Positions 40,742 to 51,362 of a DNA stretch of 64,000 bases are shown here, in pieces (the stretch's first letter is position 1; every line of letters begins with the position of its first letter). This DNA is from an uncultured Alphaproteobacteria bacterium (GTDB taxonomy: Bacteria; Pseudomonadota; Alphaproteobacteria; Rhodobacterales; Rhodobacteraceae): positions 23,596 to 87,595 of the forward strand of contig CAWCNG010000015.1 in assembly GCA_963796805.1 (NCBI GenBank), in the 5' to 3' direction. Below the pieces are notes generated by a model. That model worked only from the letters and a program-made list of their open reading frames with translations, did no database searches and was not told the DNA's origin. Both the position numbers and the translations under genes were made by a program.

Positions 40742-42013
40742 ATGGCGGCGGGCGAGATCGGGACGGAGATCGGGGCCGAGGCGTATCTCGCGGGCGTTCG
40801 CGAGGCGGCGTCGGCGCTGCGCGCCGTGCTCGAGCCGACGCCGCTTCAGCGCAACGACTTCCTCTCGGCCAAGTACGACGCCGACGTCTGGCTGAAACGC
40901 GAGGACCTGAGCCCGGTCCGTTCCTACAAGATCCGCGGTGCGTTCAATGCCATGCGCAAGGCGCTGGCGGCGAGGCCGGACCGGCGGCGCTTCGTCTGCG
41001 CCTCGGCGGGGAACCACGCGCAGGGCATGGCCTATGCCTGTCGGCACTTCGGCACCGAGGGCATCATCTTCATGCCGACGACCACGCCGCAGCAGAAGAT
41101 CGAGAAGACCCGCCAGTTCGGCGGCGGGCGGGTCGAGATCCGGCTGCTCGGGGACTATTTCGATGAGACATTGCGGGCGGCGCAGGGCTTCACCGCCCAG
41201 ACGGGGGCACTGTTCCTGCCGCCGTTCGACGACGCCGACGTGATCGAGGGCCAGGCCACCTGCGCGTTGGAGATCTTCGCTGAGATGCCGGCGCCCGACC
41301 TCGTCGTGGTTCCGGTGGGTGGCGGCGGGCTCTCGGCCGGGTTCGTGCAGGTGGCCGATGCCCTGGCGCCCGGTACCGAACTGCGCTTCGTGGAGCCGGA
41401 GGGCGCGCCGAGCCTCGCCCGTGCGCTGGCGGCGGGCGAGCAGGTGACGCTGAACCAGCTCGACAACTTCGTGGACGGTGCGGCGGTGGCGCGGATCGGC
41501 GATCTCAACTTCGCCGCGCTCAACCGCTTCGCCCCGCAGGACGTGCTGCTCTGCCCGGAGGACCGCATCTGTGCCACCATGATCGAGATGCTGAACGTCG
41601 AAGGGGTTGTTCTGGAGCCTGCGGGGGCACTGGCGGCGGACGCGCTGCGCACGCTCGACATCAGGGGCCGGACGGTGGTGGCGATCGTCTCCGGCGGCAA
41701 CTTCGACTTCGAACGGCTGCCGGACGTGAAGGAGCGGGCGCTGCGCTGGGAGGGCCGGAAGAAGTACTATATCCTGCGGCTGCCGCAGCGCCCGGGGGCG
41801 CTGCGCGAGTTCCTGGCCGTTCTGGGGCCGGACGACGACATCTCGCGCTTCGAGTACCTGAAGAAGTCCGCGCGCAACTTCGGCTCGGTCCTGCTTGGCA
41901 TCGAGACGCCGTCGCGCGCCAACTTCGGGGGCCTCGAGGTGCGGATGGCCGCAGCCGGCTTCACCTGGCTCGACATCACCGACGACGCCGTCATCACCAG
42001 CCTGATCATCTGA
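40742..42013 (+). CDS. ilvA: Threonine ammonia-lyase (short form)
   Basis: KREDLSPVRSYKIRGA, ASAGNHAQG, VGGGGL, PQRPGAL. Confidence 0.96.
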   Translation: MAAGEIGTEIGAEAYLAGVREAASALRAVLEPTPLQRNDFLSAKYDADVWLKREDLSPVRSYKIRGAFNAMRKALAARPDRRRFVCASAGNHAQGMAYACRHFGTEGIIFMPTTTPQQKIEKTRQFGGGRVEIRLLGDYFDETLRAAQGFTAQTGALFLPPFDDADVIEGQATCALEIFAEMPAPDLVVVPVGGGGLSAGFVQVADALAPGTELRFVEPEGAPSLARALAAGEQVTLNQLDNFVDGAAVARIGDLNFAALNRFAPQDVLLCPEDRICATMIEMLNVEGVVLEPAGALAADALRTLDIRGRTVVAIVSGGNFDFERLPDVKERALRWEGRKKYYILRLPQRPGALREFLAVLGPDDDISRFEYLKKSARNFGSVLLGIETPSRANFGGLEVRMAAAGFTWLDITDDAVITSLII

Positions 42014-42018
42014 GCGCC

Positions 42019-42798
42019 ATGCATCTCACCGCCGTCGTCACCGGCCCGCCCACCGACCGCCCGGCGCTCGTCATCGCGCACGGCCTCTTCGGCTCGGCGA
42101 GGAACTGGGGCGCCATCGCAAAGCGGCTGGCGCTGCAACGGCAGGTGGTCAGCATCGACATGCGCAACCACGGCGACAGCCCGCGCAGTTCCGAGCACGG
42201 CTATGCCGCCATGGCCGGCGACCTGGCCGAGACCATCGCCGAGCATGGCGGCCGCATGGACGTGCTCGGCCATTCCATGGGGGGCAAGGCCGCGATGATG
42301 CTGGCGCTGACGGCACCGGCACGCGTCCGGCGTCTGATCGTGGCGGACATAGCACCCGTCGCCTATCGCCACAGCCAGATGGCATATGTGCGGGCGATGC
42401 AGGGCGTGGATCTCGCCACCGTCACCCGCCGTTCCGAGGGCGACGCGGCGCTGGCGGCCGAGGTGCCCGAGCCGGCGCTGCGCGCTTTCCTGTTGCAGAG
42501 CCTCGCCATCGAGCCGGGCCGGGTCAGCTGGAAGCTCAATCTCGATGCGCTGGCCGCGGAGATGACTGCGATCATGGACTTTCCCACGCCGCCGGGCTCC
42601 TTCGCCGGCCCGGTTCTCTTCCTGACCGGCGCGAACTCCGACTACGTCCGTCCGGCGCACTGGCCACGCATCCGCGAGCTCTTTCCGGCCGCCGAGCGCA
42701 AGTCCCTAGCCGCCGCCGGGCACTGGCTGCACGCCGACGCGCCAGGCGCCTTCATCGACGCGGTGACGGCGTTCCTGGACGCTCCCGAGCCGGCCTGA
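42019..42798 (+). CDS. Alpha/beta hydrolase (YbfF-like esterase)
   Basis: HGLFGSARNW, GHSMGGK, AGHWLHAD. Confidence 0.9.
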   Translation: MHLTAVVTGPPTDRPALVIAHGLFGSARNWGAIAKRLALQRQVVSIDMRNHGDSPRSSEHGYAAMAGDLAETIAEHGGRMDVLGHSMGGKAAMMLALTAPARVRRLIVADIAPVAYRHSQMAYVRAMQGVDLATVTRRSEGDAALAAEVPEPALRAFLLQSLAIEPGRVSWKLNLDALAAEMTAIMDFPTPPGSFAGPVLFLTGANSDYVRPAHWPRIRELFPAAERKSLAAAGHWLHADAPGAFIDAVTAFLDAPEPA

Positions 42799-42844
42799 CC
42801 GCTTGCGCCGCCGCTCGGCGGAAGTTATGAGTGCCGGCGCGAAA

Positions 42845-42920
42845 GCCCCAGTAGCTCAGCCGGTAGAGCAACTGTTTCGTAAATAGTAGGTCGGGGGTTC
42901 GAGTCCCTCCTGGGGCACCA
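42845..42920 (+). tRNA. tRNA-Thr (CGT)
   Basis: GCCCCAGTAGCTCAG; anticodon arm ACTGT-TTCGTAA-ATAGT; GGTTCGAGTCC; CCA end. Confidence 0.95.
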
Positions 42921-43547
42921 AATACTCCGCCCAGCCAGCTGCGAGGTAGCAAGGCAACAGGCACGAGCGCTGGCATAGCACCATTTACCGCGACGCGGCT
43001 TTGAAGTCGGCCCCTAGTGAGTGCTCCGCGCCTACCCGGCCAACAGCTCGCCCACCGCCAGCAGCGTCATTCCGAGCATTGTCGTTCCAGTCAACCACGC
43101 CAGTACGCCAAGGGAGCGCTCCAGCGCCACCCCCATAGAGGGCTTCCCCTCCTCGCGTCGCTCCCTCCGGCCCATGCGCCCACCCGATCAGTCACCCGAG
43201 TGCAGGATGTCGGCTCCAGGTGGCGCCGGGCAACGACGGAGGCGTGAAGCGGTAAAGAAGGGCGCAGCCGTAGGGGGTAAGCTACAAAGACTGGCTGCGC
43301 CCTTGATCCCAGGGATCGGCGGATCGAGGGGTCGATCCGGCGCGGAACTTGCGGCCGTCCGGCTCGGCGGTCAACGGGACAAGCGCACCCTCGGCGATGA
43401 TCCGCCATCGGCGGAAAGAGGCCGGCCGCGTGGATGATCCACGCCACCATGGCAGCGGAGTCGTGTCGCCGGCCTTTGTCGGTCAATTTGACTTGCCTGC
43501 GCTCCGCTGTGGCGGAGCCGCCTCGGTTCCCTCTTGGGGCACCAAAT
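42904..43547 (+). mobile_element. Vestigial tRNA-Thr-integrated element bounded by att-like direct repeats
   Basis: TCCCTCCTGGGGCACCAAAT (42904-42923) vs TCCCTCTTGGGGCACCAAAT (43528-43547), 19/20 identical; no recognisable gene inside. Confidence 0.7.
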
Positions 43548-43680
43548 TCAACAAACTTGGTAGGCATCGGCGGGAACGGATGGTGCTCCGTTCGAACTCA
43601 GGTGGTCGGACTATGCCATGGTTCGCGTCACCGGCGAGGGCGCGTGCGCGGGCGTAGTCGGCATCTGATGGTGAGAGAGT

Positions 43681-44706
43681 ATGGCTGAGGCTGCGACAGT
43701 GCTGGCGACCGGCGGGGCCGGCTACATCGGCTCGCACGTGGTCGCCGAGCTTCTGGCGAGCGGGCGGCGGGTGGTGATCCTCGACGACTTCTCGAATGCG
43801 GCCCGGGACGTGCCCGAGCGTATCGCGAGGATCGGGTTCGGGGTGCCCGAGGTCGTGGAGGGGGACGTTTGCGATCCGGCGCGGCTGGCGGAGGTCTTCG
43901 GGCGCTACGAGATCGATGCGGTGATCCACATGGCCGGGCTGAAGGCGGTGGCCGAGTCGGTTGTCCAGCCGCTTCGCTACATGCGGATCAACGTCGGGGG
44001 TGCGGTGGCGCTCATTGAGGCGATGCTGGCGCACGGGGTGCGGAGGCTGGTCTTCTCGTCTTCAGCCACCGTCTATGGGGTGCCGGAGGACAATCCGATC
44101 CCGGAAAGCGCGCCGCTCGCGGCGGTCAACCCCTATGGGCGAACCAAGCTGGTGATCGAGCAGACAATCGAGGAACTGGTCGTGGCGCGCCCTGAGGTCG
44201 CGGCGGTCTCGCTGCGCTACTTCAACCCGGTGGGGGCGCACGTCTCGGGGCTGATCGGAGAGGATCCGCGCGGGATTCCGAACAACCTCTTTCCCTTCGT
44301 CGCCCAGACGGCGGCGGGGATCCGCGACCGACTATCGGTCTATGGCGGCGATTATCCCACCCCGGACGGGACGGCGATCCGGGACTACATCCACGTCGTC
44401 GACCTTGCGCGGGGGCATCTCGCGGCGCTCGACTACCTGCAGGCCGGCGAGGGGGCCGGACGGAACACGGCAGTCAACCTCGGGTGCGGGACGGGGCACA
44501 GCGTGCTGGAGGCGGTGGCGGCCTTCGGCCGGGCGGTGGGGCGGGACGTTCCCTACGCCATCGTCGATCGCAGGGCGGGGGACGTGGCGCAGTCGGTCGC
44601 GGATGCCCGGCTGGCGGCGGACCTGCTGGGATGGCGGGCAGAGCTCGACCTCGACCGGATGTGCGCGGATCAGTGGGCGTTTCAGAGGCAGGTCCTGGTT
44701 CGCTGA
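43681..44706 (+). CDS. galE: UDP-glucose 4-epimerase
   Basis: TGGAGYIGSH, KAVAES, PYGRTK, LRYFNPVGAH, RDYIHV. Confidence 0.96.
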   Translation: MAEAATVLATGGAGYIGSHVVAELLASGRRVVILDDFSNAARDVPERIARIGFGVPEVVEGDVCDPARLAEVFGRYEIDAVIHMAGLKAVAESVVQPLRYMRINVGGAVALIEAMLAHGVRRLVFSSSATVYGVPEDNPIPESAPLAAVNPYGRTKLVIEQTIEELVVARPEVAAVSLRYFNPVGAHVSGLIGEDPRGIPNNLFPFVAQTAAGIRDRLSVYGGDYPTPDGTAIRDYIHVVDLARGHLAALDYLQAGEGAGRNTAVNLGCGTGHSVLEAVAAFGRAVGRDVPYAIVDRRAGDVAQSVADARLAADLLGWRAELDLDRMCADQWAFQRQVLVR

Positions 44707-44763
44707 GGGCACGTGCCGCGTGCGGAATGACGGTCCTTGGTCCACGGATTAGGTGGGCACCGC

Positions 44764-44856
44764 AAGGGTTAACGGCGATTTCTTCGACGTACAACGCACG
44801 TACAACGCACGTACATCGCATGTACACGCGTGGCGCGCGCGGCCGAAGGGTTAACG
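44764..44856 (+). repeat. 11-bp-period micro-array element, copy D, bracketed by AAGGGTTAACG direct repeats
   Basis: ACGTACAACGC x2, ACGTACATCGC, ATGTACACGCG (44787-44830); AAGGGTTAACG at 44764 and 44846. Confidence 0.85.
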
Positions 44857-44894
44857 AACAGCGGGGCCGCCGTTCGACCGGATCGCGCATCGTG

Positions 44895-45359
44895 TCAGTC
44901 CTCCTCTGCCGCGTCGGGCGGGCCGAAGCGGTCGCGGATGCGGCGTTCGATCTGGTCTCGGGCCTGGCGGTAGGCGGCGAGCTTGGCGTCGCGGTCCTCG
45001 CCGAGGCCGGTCGGGTCGAAGGTCGGCCAGTATTCCACGTCGATGGCGTGGTAGCGGGTGTATTCCTGCGCCTGGCGCATGGCTGCGGGCGAAAGCGCCA
45101 CGATGAGGTCGTAGGCGTCGATGCGGTCGCCCCAGTCCTCCATGTCCTGGAAGCTGCGGGTGCGGTGGCGGTTGAGCGCGACGCCGATCTCGCTGCAGAC
45201 CGCTACCGAGAAGCCGTCGATGTCGAGTTCGTTCTTCACCCCGGCGGACTGCACATAGATGCGGCTGCCGTAGTATTTCTTCATGATCCCTTCGGCCATG
45301 GGCGAGCGGACCGCGTTGTAGTCGCAGCAGAAGAGCACCGAGTGGGGGACTTCGCTCAA
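44895..45359 (-). CDS. Low-molecular-weight phosphatase/arsenate reductase family
   Basis: SVLFCCDYNAVRSPMAE P-loop; DPT. Confidence 0.88.
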   Translation of the reverse strand: MSEVPHSVLFCCDYNAVRSPMAEGIMKKYYGSRIYVQSAGVKNELDIDGFSVAVCSEIGVALNRHRTRSFQDMEDWGDRIDAYDLIVALSPAAMRQAQEYTRYHAIDVEYWPTFDPTGLGEDRDAKLAAYRQARDQIERRIRDRFGPPDAAEED

Positions 45360-45363
45360 GCGG

Positions 45364-45879
45364 TCAGCCCTTGAAGTGCAGCACACAGATCAGCGTGAAG
45401 AGCCGGCGGGCGGTGGCCATGTCGGTGTCGACCTTGCCCGCGAGCCGCTCGAGCAGGATGCGCGAACCCTCGTTGTGGATGCCGCGGCGGCCCATGTCGA
45501 TCGCCTCGATCTGCGAGGGCGGCAGGCGCTTCACCGCATCGAAGTAGCTCTCGCAGATCTGGAAATAGTCCTTCACCACCTGGTTGAAGGGGGTCAGCGA
45601 GAGGTGGAAATCTCCGACGCTGCCCGCGGCTTCCGTCGCCACCTGAAAGACGAGGCGGCGCTCGCGAATGGCGAGGCTCAGCCGGTAAGGGCCGGGCGGC
45701 ACCGGTCGGCCCTCTCGGCGGGGAAGCGCGAAGCGGTTCTCCTCGATCAAATCGAAGATTGCCACCCGGCGTTCCTGCTCGATCTCCGGCGTGGGCGTGG
45801 CGAGGCCGGTCTCGTCGAGGGTGACCTCGATCAGGCGGTCACGGTTCGGGGGGGCGGGGTCTCGAGCGCGGGGGGGCAT
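45364..45879 (-). CDS. UPF0262 family protein
   Basis: EQERRVAIFDLIEEN, IEAIDMGRRGIHNEG, RRLFTLICVLH. Confidence 0.92.
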   Translation of the reverse strand: MPPRARDPAPPNRDRLIEVTLDETGLATPTPEIEQERRVAIFDLIEENRFALPRREGRPVPPGPYRLSLAIRERRLVFQVATEAAGSVGDFHLSLTPFNQVVKDYFQICESYFDAVKRLPPSQIEAIDMGRRGIHNEGSRILLERLAGKVDTDMATARRLFTLICVLHFKG

Positions 45880-45883
45880 GGCG

Positions 45884-47187
45884 TCATCCCTCGTTCAGCC
45901 GGTCGAGCCGGGCGCGGATCGAAAGGCCGTGCGCCTCGAGGCCCTCGGAGCGGGCGAGGCGTTCGGCGGCGGGACCGACGCCCGCGAGGGCGGCCGGGGT
46001 CATGCGGGAGATGGTGGTGCGCTTCATGAAATCCAGCACCGACAGGCCCGACGAGAAGCGCGCCGAGCGGGCAGTGGGCAGGACGTGGTTCGGTCCGCCC
46101 ACGTAGTCACCGATCGCCTCGGGCGTGAAGGCGCCGATGAAGACGGCGCCGGCGTGGCGGACGCGCGCGGCCAGCGCCTCGGCGTCGGCGGTCAGCACCT
46201 GCAGGTGCTCGGGGGCGATGCGGTCGGAGAGCTCCGCTGCCTCGTCCCATTCACTGACGGTCACGATGGCGCCGTTGTCGCGCCAGCTGGCGCCGGCGAT
46301 GTCGCGGCGGGCGAGCGTGGCCAGGCGCGCCTCCACCGCGGCGGCGACCGAGCGCCCGAAACCGGCGTCGTCGGTGATCAGGATCGCCTGGGCGGAGGCG
46401 TCGTGCTCGGCCTGGGCGAGGAGGTCGAGCGCCAGCCAGTCGGGGTCGTTGCCGGCGTCGGCGAGGATCAGCACCTCGGACGGGCCGGCGATCATGTCGA
46501 TGCCCACGCGGCCGAAGACCCGGCGCTTGGCGGCGGCGACCCAGGCGTTGCCGGGGCCGGTGACCTTGTCCACGGGTGCGATGGTGGCGGTGCCGTAGGC
46601 GAGCGCCGCGATCGCCTGGGCGCCGCCGATGCGGTAGACCGTCTCGATCCCGCAGAGCCGTGCGGCGAGAAGGACGAGCGGATTGACCTCGCCGCCGGGG
46701 GTCGGGGCGCAGACCACCAGCCGCCGCACGCCCGCCACCCGGGCGGGGATGGCGTTCATCAAGAGCGACGAGGGGTAGGAGGCGAGGCCCCCCGGCACGT
46801 AGAGGCCGGCGGCGTCCACCGGTGTCCAGCGCCAGCCGAGCTCGGCGCCGGCGGCATCGGTCCAGCGGGCGTCGCGGGCAGCTGCCGCTCGTGGTAGGCG
46901 CGGATGCGCGCGGCGGCGAGCTCGAGCGCGGCGCGGTCGTCGGGGCCGACCTCGGCGACGGCGGCGTCGATCTCGGCCGGCGAGAAGGCGAGGGTTGCGG
47001 ATGTGAGCTTCAGGCGGTCCCAGCGCTCGGTCATCTCGATGACCGCGGCATCGCCACGGGCCGCCACATCGGCGAGGATGGCGGCGACCTCGGCGTCCAC
47101 GTCGGGGGCGGACTCGCGCTTCCGGGCAAGGAGCGCGGCGAAACGCGGCTCGAAGTCGGAGTCGGTGGTATCGAGGAACTGCGGCAT
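45884..47187 (-). CDS. hisD: Histidinol dehydrogenase (frameshift ~46875)
   Basis: GLYVPGG, GGAQAIAALAYG, DMIAGPSE, QAEHD, APEHL, GPNHVLPT. Confidence 0.93.
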
Positions 47188-47263
47188 CGCGGGCGGGGCC
47201 TCCCGGGTGCGAGGCTTAGCCGCTCGCCTCCGTCGGCTCAAGCGCCGGGGTGGGAGAATGCCT

Positions 47264-48145
47264 TCAGGCCCGGAAGAAGTCCGCGAGCGCCTCGGAGACG
47301 GCGGCCGGTGCCTCCTCGGGGAGGTAGTGCCCGGTGGGCAGAGCGTGGCCGCGCACGTCGCGGGCCTTCTCCCGCCAGGTCGCGAGCACGTCGTAGCTCC
47401 GGCCGACCAGGCCGCGCTGGCCCCAGAGGGCGAGGAGCGGCGCCTCGATCCGCCGCTCCGCGTCGGCGGCGTCGTGCGCCAGGTCGATCGTCGCCGCCGC
47501 GCGGTAGTCCTCGCAGCTCGCCGCGATCGCCGCGGGGTCCGAGAAGCATCGGACATACTCGGCGATCGCCTCGGGGGCGAAGAAGGCGTTTTCTCCCTGA
47601 CTCCAGGCCGAGAGCTTGCAGCGGAGGTAGAATTCGGGGTCGGCGCCGATCAGGCGTTCCGGCAGCGGCGCCGGCTGGATCAGGAAGAACCAGTGGTAGT
47701 AGCCGGTGGCGAAGGCGCGGTCGGTGCGGGCGTACATGGTCGCGGTCGGGGCGATGTCGAGCACGGCGATCCGCTCGACCGCCTGCGGGTGGTCGAGCGC
47801 CATCCGGTGCGCCACCCGCCCGCCGCGGTCGTGCCCGGCGACGCGGAAGCGCGGAAAGCCGAGAGCCTGCATCAGCGCGACCTGGTCCGCCGCCATCGCG
47901 CGCTTCGCGTAAGGCCCGTGGTCGGCGGCGGAGGCGGGCTTGGCCGAGTCGCCGTAGCCGCGCAGGTCGGCCGCCACCACCGTGAAGCCGGCCGCGACGA
48001 GGCGCGGCGCCACGAGGTGCCAGCAGGCATGCGTCTGGGGATAGCCGTGCAGAAGCAGGACCGGCGGCCCCGCGCCGCCGATGCGGGCGCGGATGGTGAT
48101 GCCGTCCCCGACCGTGATGCGCTCGTCGGCGAAGCCCGCGAACAT
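47264..48145 (-). CDS. Fluoroacetate/haloacetate dehalogenase-like alpha/beta hydrolase
   Basis: HGYPQT, GHDRGGRVAHR, YYHWFF, CEDYRA, GHYLPEE. Confidence 0.85.
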   Translation of the reverse strand: MFAGFADERITVGDGITIRARIGGAGPPVLLLHGYPQTHACWHLVAPRLVAAGFTVVAADLRGYGDSAKPASAADHGPYAKRAMAADQVALMQALGFPRFRVAGHDRGGRVAHRMALDHPQAVERIAVLDIAPTATMYARTDRAFATGYYHWFFLIQPAPLPERLIGADPEFYLRCKLSAWSQGENAFFAPEAIAEYVRCFSDPAAIAASCEDYRAAATIDLAHDAADAERRIEAPLLALWGQRGLVGRSYDVLATWREKARDVRGHALPTGHYLPEEAPAAVSEALADFFRA

Positions 48146-48630
48146 CACGCGGGATGTTGCGGCCGGCTGCGGGCGATGTAGGGCCGGGTGACGTCGGCGA
48201 GCCGCACGTCGAGGCATTCCACGTCGAGCGCGATCTCGCCGTCGCCCGCCAGGATCAGCCTCAGCGTCCCCGCGCCGTCCTCGGCGGCCTCGAAGGTCAG
48301 TGCGAGGAGCTCCAGCACCAGTTCCCGGTCGCGCGGATCGACACCGCTGGTCCGCGCCTGCAGCACACTGTCGACGGCGAGGATCGCCCGCACCCGTTCG
48401 AACGGCCGGCTCTGCCGCTCGGCGGCGGGCACGTCCTCCCAGCGGAAGCGGTTGAGCAGCAGGGAGAAACGCCGGTGCTTGCGCGCCCAGGCGATCTCGG
48501 AGGTCTGCGCCACCGCATCCTGCAGCAGCGCGGACATGACCGCGAGATCCTCGGGCGTCTCGGCGCGCAGGCGCAGGGGCTGCTCGGCGCCGTCCTCGAA
48601 GCGGGCGTCCTCCTGGGCGGGCCCGGTCAT
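48145..48630 (-). CDS. DUF2948 family protein
   Basis: [31 protein letters not shown]. Confidence 0.9.
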   Translation of the reverse strand: MTGPAQEDARFEDGAEQPLRLRAETPEDLAVMSALLQDAVAQTSEIAWARKHRRFSLLLNRFRWEDVPAAERQSRPFERVRAILAVDSVLQARTSGVDPRDRELVLELLALTFEAAEDGAGTLRLILAGDGEIALDVECLDVRLADVTRPYIARSRPQHPA

Positions 48631-49895
48631 GCGGCGTGCAGCCGCTCGATCCGGGCGCCGCAGGCGGAGAGCTTCTCCTCGACCCGCTCGTAGCCGCGGT
48701 CGAGGTGGTAGACGCGGGCGACGCGGGTCTCGCCCTCGGCGGCGAGGCCGGCGAGGATCAGGCTGACGCTGGCGCGGAGATCGGTGGCCATCACCGGCGC
48801 GCCGCGGAGCTTGTCGACGCCGGTGACGGTCGCGGTGCCGCCGTGCACCTCGATATGCGCGCCCATGCGGATCAGCTCGGGCGCGTGCATGAAGCGGTTC
48901 TCGAAGATGCGCTCCTCGAGATGGCTCACGCCGTCGGCGAGGCTGAGCAGCGCCATCATCTGCGCCTGCAGGTCGGTGGGGAAGCCGGGGAAGGGGGCGG
49001 TCGCCACGTCGACGGCGCGGACGTGGCCGTTGGCGCGGCTGACCTTGAGGCCGGAGTTGGTGTTGCCGACCTCGATGCCGGCCTCCTCCAGCTTGTCGGC
49101 GAAGGCGGCGACCAGCTCGCGCCGGCCGCCGGTGAGCTCGACCTCGCCGCCGGCGATGGCGGGGGCGAGCATGTAGGTGCCGAGCTCGATCCGGTCGGCG
49201 ACGACGGGGTGGGTGGCGCCGTGCAGGCGATCGACCCCGCGCACCTCGATCGTCGGCGTGCCCTCGCCGCTGATCTCGGCGCCCATGCGGCGCAGGCACT
49301 GGGCGAGGTCGACGATCTCGGGCTCGCGCGCGGCGTTCTTCAGCACGCTGGTGCCGCGGGCGAGGGTTGCGGCCATGAGCATGTTCTCGGTGGCGCCGAC
49401 CGAGACCAGCGGGAACTCGAAGACGGCGCCCTTGAGCCCGCTCGGCGCCGAGGCGTGCACGTAGCCGTCGCGAAGGTCGAGCTTGGCGCCGAGGGCCTCG
49501 AGGCCCCTGAGGTGGAGATCCACCGGGCGCGCGCCGATGGCGCAGCCGCCGGGAAGCGAGACGACGGCATGGCCGTCGCGCGCCAGCATCGGCCCGAGCA
49601 CGAGGATCGAGGCGCGCATCTTGCGCACGATCTCGTAGTCGGCGCGGTGGTTCGAGATCGACTGGGTGCCGATCACCAGCACGCGCCCCTGCTGCAGGCT
49701 CGCCACCTCGCAGCCGAGGGATTCGAGCAGCGTGGTCATGGTGCGGATGTCCGAGAGCCGCGGGGCATTGGTCAGCGTCACCGGCTCGTCGGTGAGAAGC
49801 GCCGCCGGCATCAGCGTGAGGCAGGCGTTCTTGGCGCCGGATATCGGGATGGCGCCCTGCAGCCGCTGGCCGCCGTGCACGAGGATGCTGTCCAT
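48627..49895 (-). CDS. murA: UDP-N-acetylglucosamine 1-carboxyvinyltransferase
   Basis: [32 protein letters not shown]. Confidence 0.98.
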   Translation of the reverse strand: MDSILVHGGQRLQGAIPISGAKNACLTLMPAALLTDEPVTLTNAPRLSDIRTMTTLLESLGCEVASLQQGRVLVIGTQSISNHRADYEIVRKMRASILVLGPMLARDGHAVVSLPGGCAIGARPVDLHLRGLEALGAKLDLRDGYVHASAPSGLKGAVFEFPLVSVGATENMLMAATLARGTSVLKNAAREPEIVDLAQCLRRMGAEISGEGTPTIEVRGVDRLHGATHPVVADRIELGTYMLAPAIAGGEVELTGGRRELVAAFADKLEEAGIEVGNTNSGLKVSRANGHVRAVDVATAPFPGFPTDLQAQMMALLSLADGVSHLEERIFENRFMHAPELIRMGAHIEVHGGTATVTGVDKLRGAPVMATDLRASVSLILAGLAAEGETRVARVYHLDRGYERVEEKLSACGARIERLHAA

Positions 49896-49906
49896 GGGTG
49901 TGCCTG

Positions 49907-50065
49907 TTATCCTTGTTCCTTGTCGCCTGCCGCGGCGGTGTCGCGCGCCCGCTTCTGCGCCTTGCGCCGGGCGAGGTTGGCGCGGAGCGCGGCGGCGAGG
50001 CGGTCGGCCTTCTGCTCGTCTTTCGGCGCCTTCCGGGCCTTCGGGGGATCGGTCCTCTCGGGCAT
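49907..50065 (-). CDS. Small basic protein upstream of murA (52 aa)
   Basis: Hand translation [52 protein letters not shown]; below the ORF-track cutoff. Confidence 0.7.
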   Translation of the reverse strand: MPERTDPPKARKAPKDEQKADRLAAALRANLARRKAQKRARDTAAAGDKEQG

Positions 50066-50241
50066 GCCGTCTCTCTACCGCAAGGGAAGCGGTGGGTCCA
50101 GAACGCCCGCGCGGCTCCCGAGGCCTCGCCGCGGCCGCGGCAAGACCCCGGGGCGTGCGGCGTTTCGGGCCGCCGGCGCGGGGCGGAATGGCGTTGAAGA
50201 TCGCGGAAGGCTCCTCTATGGAGCGGATCCAGACCCGAGTC

Positions 50242-50316
<75 letters not shown>

Positions 50317-50342
50317 GTCCCGGTCGACCCCGCCCCCCCGCC

Positions 50343-50560
50343 TCAGCTCAGCCGCAGAAACGCCCGTGCGTTCTCGCCGAGAATGCCGGCCAAGGCGCTC
50401 GCCGCTGAGGGAGACGGCGGCGGCGACGTCGTCGGCGAGGTTGGCGTATTCGACGGCATCGAGGCGCCAGAGCCAGTTGACCATCCTGCCGCAGCCGGCT
50501 CCAGGAAGGCGGAACGCAGCTCGGGGTGGCGCTCCATCACACCGCTCTCGACCAGCGAGG
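50343..50560 (-). pseudogene. Amidohydrolase_2 family remnant
   Basis: Fragments SLVESGVMERHPELRSAFLE / WLWRLD / ILGENARAFLRL* across frames with internal deletion. Confidence 0.55.
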
Positions 50561-50675
50561 GGGGGCCTATCCGTTCACCTGCTGCTGACGCACGGGATCG
50601 GCGCGGAAACGCGGAGCGGGGCCCTTGGGCCCCGCTCCTGACTGCTCGCCTTTTGATGAAGCAGACTGGTAAGCC

Positions 50676-51231
50676 TTAGCGGCTGTTGGTCTGCCGATCG
50701 GCGCCGCTGACGTCGCGGTCGAACTTGTAGGCCGCGATTTCGGTCAGCGACATGCCGTCCGCCTTGTAGGGCGAAAGGCCGGCGCTGGCGATCAGCTGGG
50801 CGAAGGCCTGGCTGGGGCTGCCGACCGAGCGCGAGGCGATGGTGACACCCGAGACATGCTTGACCGTCTGCTGGTCGTCGCCGCGGGTTTCATGGTTGAA
50901 CTTCACCGCCGCGATCTCGGTCAGGGTCATGCCTTCCGCTTCGGCGGGAGACAGGCCGGCATTGGCCGCCAGCTGGCTGTGGCTCGAGCCGCTGGCAGGC
51001 GTCGACCGGGAAGCCATGGTCGCGCCGGAGGCGTGCTTGACACGTCTGCTGGTCGTCGGCGCGGGTTTCGCGGTTGAACTTCACCGCGGCGATCTCGGTC
51101 AGCGACATCGTCGCAGCCTCGTCGGCCGTGAGCCCGGCGCTGGCGGCGAGCTGGGAGTCGGCGAAGGCGGGGACGGCGATGCCGAAGGCAAGCGCGCTGA
51201 CGACCCCGAAGAACGTCGAATAACGGGTCAT
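50676..51231 (-). CDS. Secreted protein with three ~60-aa repeats (frameshift ~51043)
   Basis: Signal peptide; (SQLAASAGL...MSLTEIAAVKFN..TR.DDQQT) x3. Confidence 0.8.
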
Positions 51232-51338
51232 GCGTCTTCTCCTTTCTGGACTGCTGTGGGTATGCTTTCCCGCCGGGTGGCCTGGTAATTCAGGTTCCGG
51301 CGAGTGAAGGGACAATCGCCGATTCGCGGCGGCTGGTC

Positions 51339-51354
51339 TGTGAAACGGGTTACA
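51339..51354. promoter_or_regulatory. CRP-type box TGTGA-AACGGG-TTACA
   Basis: One mismatch to TGTGA-N6-TCACA, between the Crp/Fnr gene and the repeat-protein gene. Confidence 0.5.
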
Positions 51355-51362
51355 CAGCGGGG

